Shown piece after piece: positions 1 to 23,850 of a stretch of DNA of 64,000 bases. Position 1 is the stretch's first letter, and each line of letters starts with the position of its first letter. The stretch spans positions 186,001 through 250,000 of the forward strand of contig NIVC01000381.1 of the NCBI GenBank assembly GCA_002269645.1. Reading direction: 5' to 3'. The stretch comes from Macrostomum lignano. Its lineage: Eukaryota. The translations under genes were made by a program, and so were the position numbers. The notes under the pieces were generated by a model. That model worked only from the letters and a program-made list of their open reading frames with translations. It made no database searches and was not told the origin of the DNA.

Positions 1-378
1 TGAGAGACAGCAGTGAGATACCAGTGAGACACCAGTGAGACAGCAGTGAGGCAGTCAGCAGTTCAATAGCCCGAATATTTGCAGGATTCAAAGCAACAAA
101 TGAAAGTCAGAACTGAGCTGAATGAAGTAAAATTTAATAAAGTTTCATTCAACCGTTTTAGATAGCAATAAATCAGTAATTAAATGTTGATCAGTTTAGT
201 CAAAAAGTTGGGTCAATGCTTTAAAAGGCAATAAATTATGAATCTCGGTAAACTTCCCAACCACTTTTCCGATACAAATAGGCTTCACCCGGCTCCAAAT
301 CTTGGGAATCTTACCATTCGTCATCACTGCGGAGCACAGAGGCACCAGGCAATGCTGAGAACTACTCAACTGAGCACT

Positions 379-1714
<1,336 letters not shown>

Positions 1715-1984
1715 ATTGCGCAATGATTTGAACAAACTGAGATCTGCACCGAGTGGAAGCTTAGAATAGCCGTGAACGCTTTTCTCTCTGTCTTCGAATC
1801 AACAAAATTGACTGAGAAATAAAACTAGTGAATCATCAAGCAAATATGTTTTCTTTGCTGACTACTCTCAGTAAGATACTCGTAAAGAGATGTAAGGTGC
1901 TGCTGGTCTTGCTGTCTCCGTTTTTCAATTCTCTCCTCCCGTCTTCTGTCTTAGTCTTCGTATCTCCCATCTTAATCTCTGAGT

Positions 1985-2742
1985 AACTCCCATCTCAGTA
2001 TCTCCCATCTCAGTATCTCCCATCTCAGTATCTCCCATCTCAGTATCTCCCATCTCAGTATCTCCCATCTCAGTATCTCACATCTCAATCTCTGAGTATC
2101 TCCCAGTTCAATCTCTGAGTATCTCCCATTTCAATCTCTGAGTATCTCCTATCTCAGTATTTCCCATCTCAATCTCTGAGTATCTCCCATCTCAATCTCT
2201 GAGTATCTCCCATCTCAATCTCTGAGTATTTCCCATCTCAGTATCTCCCATCTCAGTCTCTGAGTATCTCCCATCTCAATCTCTGAGTATCTCCCATCTC
2301 AATCTCTGAGTATCTCCCATCTCAATCTCTGAGTATCTCCCATCTCAATCTCTGAGTAACTCCCATCTCAGTATCTCCCATCTCAGTATCTCCCATCTCA
2401 GTCTCTGAGTATCTCCTATCTCAGTATTTCCCATCCCAGTCTCTTAGTATCTCCAATCTCAATCTCTGAGTATCTCCTATCTCAGTATTTTCCTTCCCAG
2501 TCTCTTAGTATCTCCCATCTCAGTACCTCCCATCTCAATTTCTGAGTATCTCTCATCTCAGTCTCTGAGTATCTTCCATCTCAATCTCTGTGTATCTCCC
2601 ATCTCAGTCTCTGAGTATCTCCCATCTCAGTCTCTGAGTATCTCCCATCTCAATCTCTGAGTATCTCCCATCTCAATCTCTGAGTATCTCCCATCTCAGT
2701 ATCTCCCATCTCAGTATCTCCCATCCCAGTATCTCCCATCTC
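1985..2742. repeat. Composite minisatellite (TATCTCCCATCTCAG and TATCTCCCATCTCAATCTCTGAG units)
   Basis: Interleaved ~15- and ~23-bp related units. Confidence 0.92.
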
Positions 2743-3104
2743 GAAGCTAGCTCTATTCTTCAAATAGATCAATCAAGATGACGGCCCCTAAGCATCCATC
2801 GCGAACGTACCAATGATGGAATCCCAGCCTCCGCTCTCAGTGATTGATGGAGACATTTTCGCCAGTTCAGCTCTTAAAGTGGCACAATTAATCATTCCAT
2901 GGCGAACGTCCGTGACCTGATCTGCTGTCTACAGGAAAATGCAGATCTTGTCCGCAGCCTGCTGTCACTGCGTGAGCGAAAACCGCTACACAGAAGTTTT
3001 GAACACCTGAATTTTTTCATTAAGGAGGTTGGTCAAGCACGCTGTACAATGCGTTCACTGACAAGCAGCTCGACTCCAGCCCGCTTCCAGCAGCAGCTAC
3101 AGCG

Positions 3105-3390
3105 GCCTCTGTAGTCTGCCCCCTCTGTAGTCTGCCCCCTCTGTAGTCTGCCCCCTCTGTAGTCTGCCCCCTCTGTAGTCTGCCCCCTCTGTAGTCTGCC
3201 CCCTCTGTAGTCTGCCCCCTCTGTAGCTGGCGCCCCCTTCTGCAGCTGGCGCCCCCTTTGTAGCTGGCGCCCCCTTCTGCAGCTGGCGCCCCCTTCTGCA
3301 GCTGGCGCCCCCTCTGTAGCTGGCGCCCTTTCTGCAGCTGGCGCCCTTTCTGCAGCTGGCGCCCACTCTGTAGCTGGCGCCCCCTCTGTC
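3105..3390. repeat. 16-bp minisatellite (CCCTCTGTAGTCTGCC) grading into an ~18-bp variant (GCTGGCGCCCCCTCTGCA)
   Basis: Direct reading; the 16-aa periodicity of ORF 3033-3392 equals 3x16 nt. Confidence 0.9.
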
Positions 3391-4061
3391 ATTTGAACTC
3401 AGCCTCAACAATGATGTACTTTAGACATCTGCTCTGATTTCTACGGACTCTATATTGCGAGTCTGTTTTTCTCTATTGTTGCCAAACGACGACCTAATAA
3501 TTTAGAATTCTCCTCCAATCCCAGCCTACTGTAGCCGTGTCCCATTCCCCAAATTTACTGGCATATTTCTGGTCCAACCAGCAACATTAACTGCTGACCA
3601 GAAATATGAGTATTCTTATCGGATCTCTCTTCTTGAATGCGGGCTTCCCGAATTCGCGTGTTTACATTGGCCTGGATTCTAGTAAACCTGCGTACCCCCC
3701 CCCCCCTGCGGCATTGTCAGGCCATCAAAATAAATTGCCATAAACCAAGGCAGCGGGTAAGAACCAGCAGGTGTTCGGGTGGGATGACATTTCAAGCCTC
3801 CAAATAATAAACGCGACCAAAATCACTCGCCACAAACTGTTGAATAATAGTTCTTTGCCTCTTTGCCACCACTGTCTTGACACATTCCTGTTTGTATACT
3901 ATGGCCCACAAAGGGCTGCCTTACCTGCCGTGACGTCAATTGATTTGCACTTAAATTCTTTGCTGCAGCACACTGCAGATCATAAACAATGACATTATAA
4001 CATTTTATGATTCAACCAGTAAGATTACTGCTGCCCGGTCATAAAGGTCAAGATTATTGAA

Positions 4062-4770
4062 GGACACCCGCCTCAAGTGCTGAGACACCCTCCTCAATTA
4101 CGGAGACACCCTCCTCAATTACTGAGACACCCTACTCAATTACTGAGACACCCTCCTCAATTACTGAGACACCCTCCTCAATTACTGAGACACCCTACTC
4201 AATTACTGAGACACCCTACTCAATTACTGAGACACCCTCCATTGAGACACCCTCCTCAATTACTGAGACAACCTCTTCAATTACTGAGACAACCTCTTCA
4301 ATTATTGAGACACCCTCAATTGAGACACCCTCCTCAAGTACTGAGACACCCTCAATTGAGACACCCTCCTCAAGTACTGAGACAACCTCTTCAATTACTG
4401 AGACACCCTCCATTGAGACACCCTCCTCAATTACTGAGACAACCTCTTCAATTACTGAGACACCCTCCTCAAGTACTGAGACACCCTCAATTGAGACACC
4501 CTCCTCAAGTACTAAGACACCCTCATCAATTACTGAGACACCCTCATCAATTACTGAGACACCCTACTCAATTACTGAGACACCCTCCTCAATTACTGAG
4601 ACACCCTCTACAATTACTGAGACACCCTCCTCAATTACTGAGACACCTTCCTCAATTACTGAGACACCCTCTACAATTACTGAGACACCTTCCTCAAGTA
4701 CTGAGACACCCTACTCAATTACTGAGACACCCTCCATTGAGACACCCTCCTCAAGTACTGAGACACCCTG
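4062..4770 (+). repeat. 21-bp minisatellite (ACTGAGACACCCTCCTCAATT) with shorter variants; possibly a mucin-like coding exon
   Basis: Tandem units; two + frames stay open (TETPSSI and LRHPPQL). Confidence 0.9.
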
Positions 4771-5429
4771 AGAAAGGAATTGCAAATGAAAGCAGAAAAG
4801 CAGCAATTATGCAGCCAAGAGCAGGAACGAATAAACTCAAAAGGAAAATTTCAAACTATCCATTGTTAGCAAAACACGCTGAGCCCAACAAAACCAGTGA
4901 TGGCGGATGCGGTAATTGCGGAATAAATAATCGATAGATTTAATCAAGATTTGCAACACACACGACTGCGATGCAATAATAATCTATGCACAAGTTTATA
5001 TGAGCATAAATATATGTTAGAATAAAGGCACTTATATTTTAGCGGTAAGAGACAAAAAAGGACAAAACAGGTTCCAGTCGGCTCGCGTGTGGAAGACAAA
5101 CAGTTGCCGTTGATTGAAAATGACAAATTAAATTAAAAATGAGTTGGTTAAAACATGTGCATAGCCTAATTAATAAATTTAACTGGCCAAGAGCACTTTG
5201 AAGTGCAGACTTCGATCAATAATTTCATAAAGTTCACAATAACTATGATTATGAATAAGTTCAATAAGCATAATAATAAATATTTTTATTTAACAAAAGG
5301 TAATTGAATGATTAATAGGCGTAGCATGGCTTGTGGCAATTGAAACTTTTCAGCTCTTTCTAAACTGAAGTTTTATCAATATTCACTGACATTCATCCAG
5401 TGGTCAGCAGGTTAGTGCCTGACATCTCT

Positions 5430-5768
5430 GCTGACAGTTTTAGGGACTGACCTACTGACAGTTTTAGGAATGACCTACTGACAGTTTTAGGGACTGACCT
5501 ACTGACAGTTTTAGGAATGACCTACTGACAGTTTTAGGACTGACCTGACAGTTTTAGGACTGACCTACTGACAGTTTTAGGACTGACCTGACAGTTTTAG
5601 GACTGACCTACTGACAGTTTTAGGACTGACCTGACAGTTTTAGGACTGACCTGACAGTTTTAAGACTGACCTACTGACAGTTTTAGGACTGACCTACTGA
5701 CAGTTTAGGACTGACCTGTCAGTTCTAGGGACTGACCTACTGACAGGTTTAGGACTGACCTACTGATG
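5430..5768. repeat. ~19-24-bp minisatellite (CTGACAGTTTTAGGACTGACCTA)
   Basis: Direct reading. Confidence 0.9.
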
Positions 5769-6509
5769 CAAATGACCCAGCTAAAAGTCAGAGCCGAACG
5801 CCAAAGCGTAAGAAAAAAACAGCAATCAAAATTCAACAGGTACTCGAAAAAAATTGCTACAAATTACGAAGGAAAAAGCAGAGCAAGACAAGACACTCAA
5901 TAGCACGCAAACGAGTAAGGCCAACATATTTAGAAAATAATAATACAAAGCAAGCATAATCAGGAGGCGTGGCAGTGTGTCATAACAAATTTAAACAGCA
6001 GAAAAATATGGTCCCCAAGGAGCCCACAGCGGAAAAACCTTAGAAAGCTAAATGAGCATAGTTAATACGAAACAGAGGAGCCTGGGCTCCTGAAAAAATT
6101 TCGACATTTAAGGCAGAAAAAAATTAATAAAACAGATATTAATACTTGACAAAAAATCACAATTGAATTAAATCACAATTCTGTATTAATTGAAATCTTG
6201 TACAATTAAAACAAACACGAGAGAGATTACGTAATATAGCAGACACAGGCGCAGAGCACAGATATGCTTATTAAAAATAGATTTTGGACCCAATCGATAG
6301 CAAAACACGGATGCTATGCGTTAGGAAAAAAAGTCGAAAACGAACTTCTGCATGAAACTGTGGTAAAAAGAAAGATAGCGACACAGATATAGCAAATAGT
6401 AAGGCGCGAAAAGCACACAATAGCAGCACGTAACATCGAAAGGCGAGCTCTGTGCGCTTTTTTGTATAAGAAAAAAGGGCCCGTTTAAGAAGTCCTTTCT
6501 CGAAGCAAT

Positions 6510-18050
<11,541 letters not shown>

Positions 18051-19629
18051 AGTGCTTCGTCGAAAGAGGGAGGTCTGAATTTTGTCGCGAAAATTAGCAT
18101 TTAAATAACAATACAAACATTCTTACAGTAAAACAAAGTGGCGAGATGATTAAAACAGATGAATAGTATGATTACATTTTAAATATATATATTTTTATTC
18201 CTAACATAATAACTACATTTGTATATTCTCATCCAAAAAACGTATTTTAAGAACGCGTTTTTATATTTTTAAATAGTAACCACGATAATGTAAAGTCTGT
18301 TAAACTGTTGCTTTTTACTTCACATTAGACGATGAAATGAAAGCAACACTAAGCCAAGGTTTAGCGCCGAATAATTTATAGCCGCTACCTCTAGAAAAAA
18401 GTCTCAATACTACTCTGTTGTCGTATATTTCATCTGGATTTTCCTTCGAATTTAAAAAAAGAAACGATTTTTTACTTGTTTTTTATTTTAGTATATATAA
18501 ATTGTTGAAGTGCTGGTAAAATCAGAATTGATTTGTTTTATCCTTTAATTTTGTACTGCATATCATATCAAAATGAAGTATGATCCCATCTCACGAGAAT
18601 TTTCGTCTTAAAAATATTGTTGAATCTGAAAAATTAAATTATCATGAAACTCATTTTTAGTGCCATAATTTGGCTTAGTTTCTGCCTATGTTACTTACCT
18701 TATATAGCTTCAGCTCTCTGTTCAACTTTCGTCCAGCAATTATTTATGCAGCTTTAAATTTTTGTTTTAGAGTTCTGACTATAGCTATCTTAGTTTTTGT
18801 TATTGCTAGTAATAATAAAGGTGAAAAAGTAAATAGATATTTAACAGATAAATATATATCTGTTATAAATATGCAGATGGAAGCAGATGCACTGGTGAGG
18901 TGCAGCGAGGGGAACAGTACCTAACAGTACCTATATATATATAATGTTGTGACAAAATTAAGCAAAGAATTTTTTATGCACAGAAAAGAAAATACAAGAA
19001 AATTGTACTTTTTCTGAAGATTTTTATTAGGATGATCAGAACTGTAATAATGGTTTTTTATTCCTTACCTGATAAATTTTAATTAAAAAAGGATAAAAAA
19101 CCCAAATATACTTAAGCAAATAATTAACTAAATAAAGGATAACAGAAACCCAATTATACTTTAGTAAATAAATCAATAAGAAACATCATGCTCAACAAAA
19201 ACAAAAAGAGGACTGACCAAGTATTCAAATTAATTTTTTATCGGACTCATGATAAATTTAAAGAAGAAACGAGCTTTAAAGAAGCTCTAAAGAACTAAAA
19301 ATGTTCTACTTGTAGTAGTATATATAAGTGAATAAAACTAGAATGCGAAAATTTAATAATGTCGATCCCCGCTAGAGTTGGCTAACATTGAAATCAAAAT
19401 TTTCATTACATAGCGCTCGTACAATAAAAACAGAAGTTAATTTAAAGTGCATTGAAGGCGGGCATCCTTTTTTATATGTACATTTTGATTTTTATAGTTA
19501 GAGATGTAGGTAATTAACTTAAGGGCTTATACATTGTAGTAGGTAGTGCCTCCTAAATGCGTGTCATTACAGCATTATTGTAGCGATCGAAACTATGAAT
19601 AACTTTTTTATTCAGACTGTTTCAGCTAC

Positions 19630-22600
19630 TCATTCATGCCAATGTAAGCGCCTCATTCACACCAATGTCAGCGCCTCATTCACACCAATGTAAGCGCCTC
19701 ATTCACACCAATGTCAGCGACTCATTCACACCAATGTCAGCGCCTCATTCACCACAATATCAGCGCCTCATTCACACCAATGTCAGCGCCTCATTCACAC
19801 CAATGTCAGCGACTCATTCACACCAATGTCAGCGCCTCATTCACACCAATGTCAGCGCATCATTCACACCAATGTTTCACAACAATGTCAGCGCCTCATT
19901 CACACCAATGTCAGCGCCTCATTCACACCAATGTCAGCGCCTCATTCACACCAATGTCAGCGACTCATTCACACCAATGTTTCACAACAATATCAGCGAC
20001 TCATTCACACCAATGTCAGCGCCTCATTCACACCAATGTTTCACAACAATGTCAGCGCCTCATTCACACCAATGTTTCACAACAATGTCAGCGCCTCATT
20101 CACACCAATGTTTCACAACAATGTCAGCGCCTCATTCACACCAATGTCAGCGACTCATTCACACCAATGTTTCACAACAATATCAGCGACTCATTCACAC
20201 CAATGTCAGCGCCTCATTCACACCAATGTTTCACAACAATGTCAGCGCCTCATTCACACCAATGTTTCACAACAATGTCAGCGCCTCATTCACACCAATG
20301 TTTCACAACAATGTCAGCGCCTCATTCACACCAATGTCAGCGACTCATTCACACCAATGTCAGCGCCTCATTCACACCAATGTTTCACAACAATGTCAGC
20401 GCCTCATTCACACCAATGTCAGCGCCTCATTCACACCAATGTCAGCGCCTCATTCACACCAATGTCAGCGCCTCATTCACCACAATATCAGCGACTCATT
20501 CACACCAATGTCAGCGCCTCATTCACACCAATGTCAGCGCCTCATTCACACCAATGTTTCACAACAATGTCAGCGCCTCATTCACACCAATTTCAGCGCC
20601 TCATTCACACTAATGTCAGCGACTCATTCACACCAATGTTTCACAACAATGTCAGCGACTCATTCACACCAATGTCAGCGCCTCATTCACACCAATGTTT
20701 CACAACAATGTCAGCGCCTCATTCACACCAATGTTTCACAACAATGTCAGCGCCTCATTCACACCAATGTCAGCGCCTCATTCACACCAATGTCAGCGCC
20801 TCATTCACACCAATGTCAGCGCATCATTCACACCAATGTTTCACAACAATGTCAGCGCCTCATTCACACCAATGTCAGCGCCTCATTCACACCAATGTCA
20901 GCGCCTCATTCACACCAATGTCAGCGACTCATTCACACCAATGTTTCACAACAATATCAGCGACTCATTCACACCAATGTCAGCGCCTCATTCACACCAA
21001 TGTTTCACAACAATGTCAGCGCCTCATTCACACCAATGTTTCACAACAATGTCAGCGCCTCATTCACACCAATGTTTCACAACAATGTCAGCGCCTCATT
21101 CACACCAATGTCAGCGACTCATTCACACCAATGTTTCACAACAATATCAGCGACTCATTCACACCAATGTCAGCGCCTCATTCACACCAATGTTTCACAA
21201 CAATGTCAGCGCCTCATTCACACCAATGTTTCACAACAATGTCAGCGCCTCATTCACACCAATGTCAGCGACTCATTCACACCAATGTTTCACAACAATA
21301 TCAGCGACTCATTCACACCAATGTCAGCGCCTCATTCACACCAATGTTTCACAACAATGTCAGCGCCTCATTCACACCAATGTTTCACAACAATGTCAGC
21401 GCCTCATTCACACCAATGTTTCACAACAATGTCAGCGCCTCATTCACACCAATGTCAGCGCCTCATTCACACCAATGTTTCACAACAATGTCAGCGCCTC
21501 ATTCACACCAATGTCAGCGCCTCATTCACACCAATGTCAGCGCCTCATTCACACCAATGTCAGCGCCTCATTCACCACAATATCAGCGACTCATTCACAC
21601 CAATGTCAGCGCCTCATTCACACCAATGTCAGCGCCTCATTCACACCAATGTTTCACAACAATGTCAGCGCCTCATTCACACCAATTTCAGCGCCTCATT
21701 CACACTAATGTCAGCGACTCATTCACACCAATGTTTCACAACAATGTCAGCGACTCATTCACACCAATGTCAGCGCCTCATTCACACCAATGTTTCACAA
21801 CAATGTCAGCGCCTCATTCACACCAATGTTTCACAACAATGTCAGCGCCTCATTCACACCAATGTCAGCGCCTCATTCACACCAATGTCAGCGCCTCATT
21901 CACACCAATGTCAGCGACTCATTCACACCAATGTCAGCGCCTCATTCACACCAATGTCAGCGCCTCATTCACCACAATATCAGCGCCTCATTCACACCAA
22001 TGTCAGCGCCTCATTCACCACAATATCAGCGCCTCATTCACACCAATGTCAGCGCCTCATTCACACCAATGTCAGCGACTCATTCACACCACTGTCAGCG
22101 CCTCATTCACACCAATGTTTCACAACAATGTCAGCGCCTCATTCACACCAATGTCAGCGCCTCATTCACACCAATGTCAGCGCCTCATTCACACCAATGT
22201 CAGCGACTCATTCACACCAATGTCAGCGCCTCATTCACACCAATGTCAGCGCCTCATTCACCACAATATCAGCGCCTCATTCACACCAATGTCAGCGCCT
22301 CATTCACACCAATGTTTCACAACAATGTCAGCGCCTCATTCACACCAATGTCAGCGCCTCATTCACACCAATGTCAGCGACTCATTCACACCAATGTCAG
22401 CGCCTCATTCACACCAATGTTTCACAACAATGTCAGCGCCTCATTCACACCAATGTCAGCGCCTCATTCACACCAATGTCAGCGCCTCATTCACACCAAT
22501 GTCAGCGCCTCATTCACCACAATATCAGCGACTCATTCACACCAATGTTTCACAACAATGTCAGCGCCTCATTCACACCAATGTCAGCGCCTCATTCACA

Positions 22601-22712
22601 CCAATGTCAGCGCCTCATTCACCACAATATCAGCGCCTCATTCACACCAATGTCAGCGCCTCATTCACACCAATGTGAGCGCCTCATTCACCACAATATC
22701 AGCGCCTCATTG
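19630..22712. repeat. 3.1-kb satellite of 23-bp units (TCAGCGCCTCATTCACACCAATG) interspersed with TTTCACAACAATG inserts
   Basis: Direct reading; explains four overlapping artefactual ORFs. Confidence 0.97.
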
Positions 22713-23850
22713 TTCATCTACAGTACTGTATGTTCTAGCTGCTACTACTCAGTTTGTTCATGGAACGTACTTGTAATTTTTCCGCAAAAAATTCACGTTA
22801 CTCGTAGGAAGAGTAGCTACAAAAACTACTGTAAGCTTTAGCTATACTGTGCGTTGAACGAGCGTAATACCGCTGTACCCAAAAAATATAATTATGCTAA
22901 ATACATCTTTATATACAAATTGGGAAACACTTAACTAGGCAATTTCTCTTTGCACCGGCTCAGTGCACAGCACATTTAGGTGAAGACAAAACTAGCGCAG
23001 AATGTCTCACAATTACTATAGAAAATAATTAGACTTCGACTCGAGAGCAGTGAGGAGAGCATTTTCCGCGCTGCCTTCCATAATTGACCATTTGACTATT
23101 CGCATTTTACGCATATGCTACAAGCTGAATTTAGTAAATAAACACGGCTAAAAATAGATTTCAAAGCCGACTCAAAGAATTTAATGATTTAACCAACAAT
23201 GAGTGGCTGAATCTGCGTACAGATTATACAGTGCGCTTTGAATTTCAGCTCCCGAATAACTCAGTCTTCTGCATGGATAACAAAGTCTCGAAAATTCATC
23301 GTGCATTCAGCATTCACCACGGGGACAGTCCAGTGTGGACACAGTATTATATTCATATTTTTTATCAGATCGTCTCTCGCTTAAACTAAACTGCTATTCG
23401 ACATGGTGCTTGCGCATGCGTCACCCCTGTGCAGACCCCCTAATTATAATTACTTACCCCTTCCAGCCCCTCCAGCCAACCCCCAGTCCTCAACTGTTCA
23501 CTGGGGGTTGGGGTGGCAGACAGGCGAAGCGAAACCCTACCGCCAAAGCACACACACACACGTTGTTTCAGCCTCAGTGCGTTATGCGCGCTGCGTGCGT
23601 TTCGATTATTCGAAAGTAGCTACCAAAGCTAATGCGCCACCCCCTCCATCCGACTGGGGGACTCCAGCTGTTCAGAAGGTGAGGGGCGCTGTTGCAGCAC
23701 AATAGGCTGGTTAGAAAAAGAGAGGGAGAGAGGCTATAGAAATGGCCTGGCTTGAAAAGAAGACGAGAAAGCGGAGAGTGCGAAAGTGAACAGACATTTT
23801 TCCGAATCGTTCCATGTCTCTCTCGTAGCCTTCGGTGCTGCAACAGCGAT

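Noticed and set aside
2770-3114. 71-aa ORF and nearby GC-richer sequence
   Set aside because: No recognisable domain or consistent splice structure; it ends in a minisatellite.
19665-22841. Four overlapping ORFs of 300-1058 aa
   Set aside because: All three frames are open across a 23-bp satellite; no coding signature.
23410-23424. NRF1-like TGCGCATGCG motif upstream of the LRR gene
   Set aside because: A single short imperfect match; cannot be supported without functional data.
23752-23850. Upstream start of the LRR ORF (MKRRRES...)
   Set aside because: Non-ATG start; ATG 23851 directly precedes a typical signal peptide.
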